Below, in pieces: positions 35,625-42,164 of a stretch of 64,000 bases of DNA. Under the pieces are notes generated by a model. The model searched no databases. It had not been told where the DNA came from and saw only the letters and a list, made by a program, of their open reading frames with translations. The DNA lies in the NCBI GenBank assembly GCA_013815775.1, contig JACDFN010000003.1, positions 14,354-78,353 of the forward strand, in the 5' to 3' direction. This stretch comes from Candidatus Saccharimonadota bacterium (lineage in GTDB: Bacteria > Patescibacteriota > Saccharimonadia > Saccharimonadales > UBA10212). The position numbers were made by a program, and so were the translations under genes. The number at the start of each line of letters is the position of its first letter. Within the stretch, counting starts at the first letter, position 1.

Positions 35625-35873
35625 TCGTCGCAGTTCGACGACGGCTTACGCTATAACAAAAATAACTAACGTTACTTTAGTTATAGCTTCAGCCTTGGTC
35701 GACTACTCCTCTCAGTTTTCCAGACAAGTGTATGCTTGATTTGGAAAACTGGTTTAGAGCTACGACAAAAACGATGGTTTTTCTTCGCCAGAGGCAAGCA
35801 CGGCAGTAAATTCTGACGCTCAGGCTGCTCTTTTTTAAAAGGTCGAACAATAAGTATTATAAGATAGTAGAGA

Positions 35874-36668
35874 ATGAAAACACTAAAATTCGATCACAAC
35901 TTAGCTCAACTAATACTGGCCGGCAAGAAGAATTCAACTTGGCGTCTATTTGATGATAAAGATTTATCAGTTAATGATGACATTAAAATTATTGATAAAT
36001 TTGATCCGAAGTCACCAAAGACATGGACGGTTGTAGGCCAGGGAAAAGTAAACGAAATTAGAGAAAAGAAACTAGGATTAGTAACTGCCCAGGACATGCA
36101 AGGTCACGAATCCTTCAATTCAATGGATAGTATGCTAAAAACCTATCAACAATATTATGGAGAACGAGTTACCTTTGAAACACCGGTCAAAATAATTTTC
36201 TTCGACTTTAAACCTCTATCTGGGGATGTTCCTAGTCCCGCAATGCTTCTGGAAGAGGCTAAGCTGTATACCGACGGTGGTTCTAGAGGAAACCCAGGCC
36301 AGTCAGCATGTGCTTACGTAATTTGCGATACACACGATGCCGTGGTTGAAAAAGGTGGCTTTTACCTTGGAATAGCAACCAATAACCAGGCCGAATACTA
36401 TGGTCTTCAGAAGGGTTTAGAGCGCGCCCGAGAACTTGGAATTAATAAAATTACACTACTTTCCGATAGCCAACTAGTCGTCAATCAGATGAATGGCTTT
36501 TATAAAGTTAAGAATCAAGAGCTGGCTCCTATTAACCAAGAAGTTACGGCTTTAGCTGGCTCGTTCGAGAAAGTCAGCTTTGTGCACGTGCCAAGAGAAC
36601 TCAACAAGGAAGCCGATCGCGAGGTTAACCGGATCTTAGACCATCAGCAGAAGCGTGCAAAACGATAG
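35874..36668 (+). CDS. rnhA: ASCH-domain / RNase HI fusion protein
   Basis: The N-terminal ~110 aa are ASCH-like (LILAGKKNSTWRLFD). The C-terminal RNase H reads LYTDGGSRGNPG...NNQAEYYGL...LLSDSQLVVNQM...NKEADREVN (DEDD residues). Confidence 0.7.
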   Translation: MKTLKFDHNLAQLILAGKKNSTWRLFDDKDLSVNDDIKIIDKFDPKSPKTWTVVGQGKVNEIREKKLGLVTAQDMQGHESFNSMDSMLKTYQQYYGERVTFETPVKIIFFDFKPLSGDVPSPAMLLEEAKLYTDGGSRGNPGQSACAYVICDTHDAVVEKGGFYLGIATNNQAEYYGLQKGLERARELGINKITLLSDSQLVVNQMNGFYKVKNQELAPINQEVTALAGSFEKVSFVHVPRELNKEADREVNRILDHQQKRAKR

Positions 36669-36690
36669 TACTTAAGGTATAATATACTTC

Positions 36691-37094
36691 GGGTTGGACT
36701 AACGATTGGTCGCCTGTAGTTTTTACTATAGGAGGAAAGTCCGGGCAGCACAGAGCATAGCAGTTGCTAACGGCAACCGGGAGAAATCCTAGGGAAAGTG
36801 CCACAGAAACGACACAACCAGCTCCCTTACAGGGAACTGGAACTGGTGAAACGAGTGGGCCCAGCTTGTCTGGGATAACGAGTTCTAGCGCCTAAATGGC
36901 GCGTTTACTCAAAGGTAAAAGCCCACAGTCCGCCGTGGTGACACGGCGGAGAGGTAAACCCTGCTTGCTGCAAGGAAACAGTCTACAAGAGCTGCTCGCT
37001 ACGACTGTTGTTTAACCGCTCGATCCGTAGGGCAACTTGCGGGCTAGATAGATGGCCAAATAAAACAGAACCCGGCTTACGGTTAGTCCACTCA
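36691..37094 (+). ncRNA. rnpB: RNase P RNA (bacterial type A)
   Basis: Conserved GGAGGAAAGTCCGGGC and ACAGAACCCGGCTTA. P1 pairs TGGACTAAC (36695-36703) with GTTAGTCCA (37082-37090). Confidence 0.95.
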
Positions 37095-37096
37095 TT

Positions 37097-37126
37097 AAAA
37101 AACTGCTCACTTTCGAGCAGTTTTTT
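37097..37126. terminator. Bidirectional intrinsic terminator (rnpB on + / rplT operon on -)
   Basis: AAAAAA-CTGCTC-actttc-GAGCAG-TTTTTT. Confidence 0.8.
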
Positions 37127-37198
37127 AGTATCTTAAGTGCAAGCTGCAGTTGATAAACGTTACGTTTTTGTATTACTTTGGCCACCCAAAGTAATGAA

Positions 37199-37543
37199 CT
37201 ATTTGGCAGAAGCTTTTATGATAGCCTCAAAGGTTTTTGGCTCGCTAATAGCCAGTTCACTTAAAATTTTACGATCCAATGTTATTTGATTCTTCTTAAG
37301 CCCTGCAATTAATTTACTGTATGTTGTTCCGTGGTTTCTAGCGGCCGCGTTAATGCGGGCGTTCCACAGCGCCCTAAATGTTCGTTTACGGTTTCGGCGA
37401 TCACGGTAGGAAAATTGCAGTGACCGGGTGACAGCTTGTTTGCCTCGTCGAACACTGGACCGGTGGGCGAGAGTCATGCCTTTAGTGGCTTGTCGAATTT
37501 TCTTGTGTCGCTTGTGGGCGGTAACGCCTCGCTTAACTCTCAT
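37199..37543 (-). CDS. rplT: Ribosomal protein L20
   Basis: MRVKRGVTAHKRHKKI...SYRDRRNRKR... Confidence 0.95.
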   Translation of the reverse strand: MRVKRGVTAHKRHKKIRQATKGMTLAHRSSVRRGKQAVTRSLQFSYRDRRNRKRTFRALWNARINAAARNHGTTYSKLIAGLKKNQITLDRKILSELAISEPKTFEAIIKASAK

Positions 37544-37549
37544 ATCTGT

Positions 37550-37744
37550 TTAGGCTCCTAGATTCCTACGAATACTCTTAGCCTGTTTACCGGTGATTGT
37601 CTCCATACCGGCAAATCTTCGCTTCCTGGAGCCACTCTTTTTTTCTAAAAAATGGTTACCAGTAGCATGACGGCGCGTTATTTTACCCGTTTTGGTGATA
37701 GTAACTCGTTTTTTAGTACCGCTATGGGTTTTTAACTTTGGCAT
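37550..37744 (-). CDS. rpmI: Ribosomal protein L35
   Basis: MPKLKTHSGTKKRV...; 64 aa. Confidence 0.95.
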   Translation of the reverse strand: MPKLKTHSGTKKRVTITKTGKITRRHATGNHFLEKKSGSRKRRFAGMETITGKQAKSIRRNLGA

Positions 37745-38249
37745 TCGTACTCCTTATAACAAAAGTTAGCTGTCGGCCAGCGAATTGTGGTGGTTGATCC
37801 ACAGCAATTGCTTCTCCAAGATCATCTTGGATCCTGTCTGCCAACTTATAGCCTAACTCTTTATGGGCTAACTCACGTCCCCGATAGACTACAGCAATTT
37901 TAACTTTGTGTCCAGCCTCTAAGAAGCCCGTAACCTTACGTAGTTTTACCTCTAAGTCGTGGGCGCCAATCTTAAGTCCAACACGCATTTGCTTCATTTC
38001 CAAGGGCTTGGAATGTTTTCGGGTTTTCTGAAGTTGCTTAGTGCGTTGGTAATTGTATTTCCCCCAGTCTACTATCTTAGCCACAGGAGGGTTAGCGTCA
38101 GGTGAAACCTCGACTAGGTCCATTTCGGCTAACGCAGCTGCTTCTAGGGCCTCAGCACGGCTTAAGATACCCATTTGTCGACCGTCATCACCAACTACAC
38201 GCAGCTGCGGCGCCCTAATTGCGTTGTTGATACGGGGGATCTTACTGAT
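37722..38249 (-). CDS. infC: Translation initiation factor IF-3, with a probable non-canonical ATC (AUC) start
   Basis: The track ORF starts at an internal Met (38174). The frame stays open upstream to TGA at 38265-38267 and encodes ISKIPRINNAIRAPQLRVVGDDGRQ, a typical IF-3 N-terminus. AGGAG lies 8 nt before the ATC at 38249. Confidence 0.8.
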   Translation of the reverse strand: MSKIPRINNAIRAPQLRVVGDDGRQMGILSRAEALEAAALAEMDLVEVSPDANPPVAKIVDWGKYNYQRTKQLQKTRKHSKPLEMKQMRVGLKIGAHDLEVKLRKVTGFLEAGHKVKIAVVYRGRELAHKELGYKLADRIQDDLGEAIAVDQPPQFAGRQLTFVIRSTNAKVKNP

Positions 38250-38318
38250 CGTTGCTTCTCCTAGTCATCTGTACTTAAGTTGATAATAACAGAGGGGCCT
38301 CTTAGCTTCAAGGTGTTT

Positions 38319-39788
38319 TTAGGTTGTTGATTTATGTCTATACTGCAATGCTTCACCTATGTGCTCTGGTTTTATATTTAACTCGGAACCCAAGTCGGCT
38401 ATTGTTCTTGCTACTTTTACAGTCCTTACATAGGCTCGTGCAGAGATAGCCAATTTCATCGAGGCATTATCTAAAAATTCCTTTGCAGAGGGGGATAGGT
38501 TAGCATAAGTGCGTATTTCTTTATTACTCATCGAACCGTTATACCTTGCTGGGCCAAGCCTCTGATACTGCAACTTATAAGCTGTTTCGACGCGGTGCTT
38601 CACTAACTCTGACTCCGCTTTGACGACGGAGTGCTTTAGTAAATTTCTGTGGTCTATATTATGCACCGGAAGATGGAGATCTATACGGTCTAAGATCGGA
38701 CCAGAAACCCTCTTTTGGTATTTGTATATTGCCGCCGCAGAGCAAATGCATGTCTTCAATGTTCCATAGAAGCCGCATGGGCAGGGGTTTTTAGTTGCCA
38801 CTAGTATAAAATCAGCTGGATAAGAAGCAGAATCTTTGACTCGGACAATATTCACCCTACCATCTTCGAGGGGTTGTCTAAGGGCTTCTAAGCAGGCCTG
38901 ATTAAACTCCGGAAGCTCATCTAAAAACAGAACGCCTCTATGAGCTAAGCTTGCTTCTCCTGGTTTTGGCGTAGATCCACCGCCAATGAGGGCAATAGCA
39001 CTGGCGCTATGATGAGGCGACCTAAACGGTCTAATGCTAACAATCTTACCGAAATTACCACTTCCCAAACTGTGGAGGTGTGTCACCTCCAATAGTTCAC
39101 TGGGCGACAGGTCTGGTAAAATCCCGCACATGGCTTTTGCGAGCATAGTTTTTCCGGTTCCTGGAGGGCCATCCAGTAAGATGTTGTGGTGGCCGGCAGC
39201 AGCAATCTCTAAAGCACGCTTAGCTATAGGCTGCCCGATTATTTCAGAGAAGTCGATAAAATCAGATTTTGAAGATTGAACTATCGATCGTCCTTTGCCC
39301 GTAGATATAGACCTTAATGGCAATGTACCGGTAAGATCGAGGTAAGCGTCCCTTAGGCTTGCCGCCGCTTTGATCTCAATATCAGGAATGATTAATGCCT
39401 GCTCAAGGTTGGACAGGGGAATATAGAACTTATTAAAGTTCATTTTTTTGGCCGAAAGAATCTTTCCCACCAAACCTCGAACAGGGTTTAGTAAACCCTC
39501 CAGACTAAGTTCGCCTAAGAAAATGTAGTCTTTAGAAGCTTGGTAATTAATTTGATTTGATCTAGATAAAACAGCAACGGCCATGGGCAAATCTAGGCTA
39601 GTGGACCCTTTTGGCACATCGGCAGGTGAGAGGTTAATAGTTACTCTCTTGCGCGGAAATTCAATAGTTGAATTAGCAAACCCGGCACGCAGGCGTTCTC
39701 TGGCTTCCTCAACCGCCTTAGATGCATCACCAATGATAACTATTGACGGTAGACCATTGCTAATGTGGCATTCTACGTCTACTAGCAT
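38319..39788 (-). CDS. comM: ComM/YifB-family Mg-chelatase-like AAA+ protein
   Basis: Walker A LDGPPGTGKTM, VLFLDELPEF and a C-terminal ChlI-like domain. The frame stays open 17 codons upstream (to the TAG stop at 39840-39842; ..ILSIKSIIDYSGFQS), so a non-ATG start near 39833 is possible. Confidence 0.85.
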   Translation of the reverse strand: MLVDVECHISNGLPSIVIIGDASKAVEEARERLRAGFANSTIEFPRKRVTINLSPADVPKGSTSLDLPMAVAVLSRSNQINYQASKDYIFLGELSLEGLLNPVRGLVGKILSAKKMNFNKFYIPLSNLEQALIIPDIEIKAAASLRDAYLDLTGTLPLRSISTGKGRSIVQSSKSDFIDFSEIIGQPIAKRALEIAAAGHHNILLDGPPGTGKTMLAKAMCGILPDLSPSELLEVTHLHSLGSGNFGKIVSIRPFRSPHHSASAIALIGGGSTPKPGEASLAHRGVLFLDELPEFNQACLEALRQPLEDGRVNIVRVKDSASYPADFILVATKNPCPCGFYGTLKTCICSAAAIYKYQKRVSGPILDRIDLHLPVHNIDHRNLLKHSVVKAESELVKHRVETAYKLQYQRLGPARYNGSMSNKEIRTYANLSPSAKEFLDNASMKLAISARAYVRTVKVARTIADLGSELNIKPEHIGEALQYRHKSTT

Positions 39789-39963
39789 TGACTGAAAACC
39801 TGAATAATCTATGATACTTTTTATGCTTAAAATGCATTTTTTCTAGTCCCCCCGTCTTACTTAATAGAAGAAAAAAGTAGTAACCGAGACCCTTTCATAA
39901 AAGGCTATCGGTCTTATTTCTAGAGCGGTAATAAAGTAAGTTCGTAGATGGTGCTCCAATATT

Positions 39964-39998
39964 TAAAAACACCCGGCTGTTTTTGCCGGGTGTTTTTA
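39964..39998. terminator. Bidirectional intrinsic-terminator-like hairpin at the left end of the AT-rich tract
   Basis: AAAAA-ACACCCGGC-tgttttt-GCCGGGTGT-TTTTT. Confidence 0.6.
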
Positions 39999-41150
39999 TA
40001 AGTTTTGCTATTGGTTTGGGGGTTTGGAGTTTTTTATGTTTGGAAGGTTTTGGATGGAACAACGGCTTGCGAGAAGCCGTTGTTACAGATCAGTTTTTGT
40101 TTTGAGCACTTTTTTTATTCAAGCGCCACCCTCATCTTATAAAGTACCAATTAGGGTGTCAATACGATTATGAAAAAAAGCTGTGTATAACTCAAACATG
40201 AGTTGAGCAGCTTAGTCTATAAGCCAAGCTTAAATGCTCATATAACGTCATATAAACTGACCTTTATTGTTGTATTCAAGAACAAACAACTTTAATTTCG
40301 CAACTCAACTAGCATTTTTTATACCAACCTATGTTTGGATTTAAAATAAAATTCGAGCGAGCAGAATAAAGGCTTAATAGATTATTTAAGTTACTTGGTC
40401 TAACATTAACTAAAATGGCACTCAGAACTTAGCTAGCGTCATTTTTTAATGCCTCCATTGCTATTAAGATGATGTCTTGTCCGGTCTACAGGGCGTATGG
40501 ATTTTCATAATAACATCAGACTAGGCCTTATAAGGAGTTAAAGGTCTTAATAGATTTCAAATTAACTTCTTAATATAGGTGTTCAACAAAACTTAAAACA
40601 CCGAACAGGTACATTAACTTAGTCCTAATGGAAATTACGGCTTCGCTTATTAATTCATAAGCTCTAACCATCCTGGTAATTCGCGCATGCGGTTCTAGAC
40701 AGTAAATCCAAAAACATGTTATTTACTATTTTGAATAAAATTTTGTGCTTCATGTAAAGAAGGCGATATTAACTTAATATTTTTTTTGGTTTAACAAAAA
40801 TTTATTAATAACACGATCGCTATTGGCAACTAAGCCTAATGGTTTCTCAGTATCCTGTGTGGCTAAATAATGTGAAAGTTAGTTCGAAATTTAGAACTAA
40901 CGCAAACAATACATAGCGCATTATTTTTACTTTTAAAATGAAATTAAGACCTATTAAACTTTCCATAAAGCTGCAGCAGTAAGCTTCGAGCCGACCGAAA
41001 AAACACGGGTATTCCATAGAATAAAAGCGATCAAATAACGAACATAATATTTACAACTATGTGATATTTACTATGTTTTCAAAACAACATAAAATTTACA
41101 TTTGAGCTTTATTAAAACTGTAATGATGTAAAAATACTATCAATATATAC
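39999..41150. other. AT-rich tract (about 25-35 % G+C) with no ORFs
   Basis: No ORF of 60 aa or more in any frame between 39796 and 41345. Stops are dense in the one plus-strand frame I read through (40381-40620). Contains isolated hairpins at 40058-40084 and 40879-40902. Confidence 0.6.
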
Positions 41151-41179
41151 TTGACCTTTTAGCTATTGTTTGCTAGGAT
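41151..41179 (+). promoter_or_regulatory. Sigma70-like promoter for the 41.3-45.0 kb operon
   Basis: TTGACC (41151-41156), a 17-nt spacer, then TGcTAGGAT (-10 box at 41174-41179). Confidence 0.5.
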
Positions 41180-41185
41180 AATTTC

Positions 41186-41345
41186 AGTAAGTTAAAAAAT
41201 AAAAAGTTACTTACTAATAAGCGACCGGGAGGCGCTAGAATATCACTCTTCGGAAGAAGAGTGGTCAGTCAAGCCGTGGGACGGTAAGCGCTAAATAGTA
41301 ATATACAAAGGGCGCATTTACCGTCCAGGCTCCAAGCTCTACAAT
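41186..41345 (+). promoter_or_regulatory. Structured 5' leader (unknown cis-regulatory RNA candidate)
   Basis: Hairpin CACTCTTC-GGAA-GAAGAGTG (41244-41263; 8 bp with a GNRA loop). Hairpin GGACGGTAAGCGC...GCGCatTTACCGTCC (41279-41326; 13 bp). TGTGTG/CACACA arms bracket the ATG at 41352. Confidence 0.4.
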
Positions 41346-41696
41346 GTGTGCATGGACACACAAAGTAAAAACATTAAATTACCAATCGCTTCAGCAGTTG
41401 GTAGTTTTTTTTGTATGTTACTTTTGGCATTGTTTACAAATCCTTTACATAACATAATTTATGCATTGCTATTTTTTGCCGCTTTAACCATAACTCTTGT
41501 ATCGGTAGGTTATTTATCAGTTCTAACCTACCGGAACAGTTTAAGTGCAAAGAGTAGGTCGGTAGTTTTCATTATTAGTATTTCTATAACTCTACTACTA
41601 ATGCTCCGGAGTGCTGGTGCTCTAGGTTTGTTGGATACAGTAGCCTTATGTCTTTTAACGGTAGGTATGCTTTTCTATGTTACGAAAAGGACTTAA
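41346..41696 (+). CDS. Small polytopic membrane protein (probable start at ATG 41352)
   Basis: Three predicted TM helices. G+C is about 35 %. First gene after the structured leader. Confidence 0.5.
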   Translation: MCMDTQSKNIKLPIASAVGSFFCMLLLALFTNPLHNIIYALLFFAALTITLVSVGYLSVLTYRNSLSAKSRSVVFIISISITLLLMLRSAGALGLLDTVALCLLTVGMLFYVTKRT

Positions 41697-41735
41697 ATTT
41701 AATGAGCGATTCAGCGTAATCCATGAAGTATAATA

Positions 41736-42164
41736 ATGGATATGAATAAAAAGAGCGGAGAGATTCAGCCTCAATTCGAGCTACCTCAAGATCCCCAAGG
41801 TAGCGAGACTCTTAAAGAGCGAGCAATGGAGGCACCCCGAGATGGAGAGGGTGTTAGTGGTAAGCAGCAGGGGGGCACATCAAATCCATATGCCGTAGCA
41901 CCAGCAGTACCGCCAGCTATTTCTATTCCTGTTAAATTGGGCGGTAAAGATAGCAGCACTACAGCTGGAATAGCTACTAGTGATTTATCAGCTCAAGATA
42001 CAGACCTAATAGAAAAACAGTGGGTAGAGAGGGCCAAAGCTATAGTGGCTAGAACGCAGAATGATCCTTTCATTCAAAAGAATGAAATTAATAAGGCGGG
42101 GGCCGATTATATAAAGAAGCGATTTAATAAGACTATTCCGACGGATGATACGGTAAGAAAATGA
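41736..42164 (+). CDS. Hypothetical soluble protein with a disordered N-terminal half
   Basis: 142 aa. The stop overlaps the next start (ATGA). No family recognised. Confidence 0.45.
   Translation: MDMNKKSGEIQPQFELPQDPQGSETLKERAMEAPRDGEGVSGKQQGGTSNPYAVAPAVPPAISIPVKLGGKDSSTTAGIATSDLSAQDTDLIEKQWVERAKAIVARTQNDPFIQKNEINKAGADYIKKRFNKTIPTDDTVRK

Noticed and set aside
39999-41150. Calling the AT-rich tract oriC
   Set aside because: I found only two one-mismatch DnaA-box-like 9-mers (40182 and 40858). There is no dnaA or dnaN nearby, and GC skew cannot be computed here. It is kept as one of several possibilities, not a call.
41221-41330. c-di-GMP-I (GEMM-I) riboswitch in the 41.2-kb leader
   Set aside because: There is a GNRA-capped hairpin and a GUGGGACGGUAAGC segment resembling GUGGGACGCAAAGC. 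However, 14 extra nt separate them, and the GGCAAA/P1 elements are missing.
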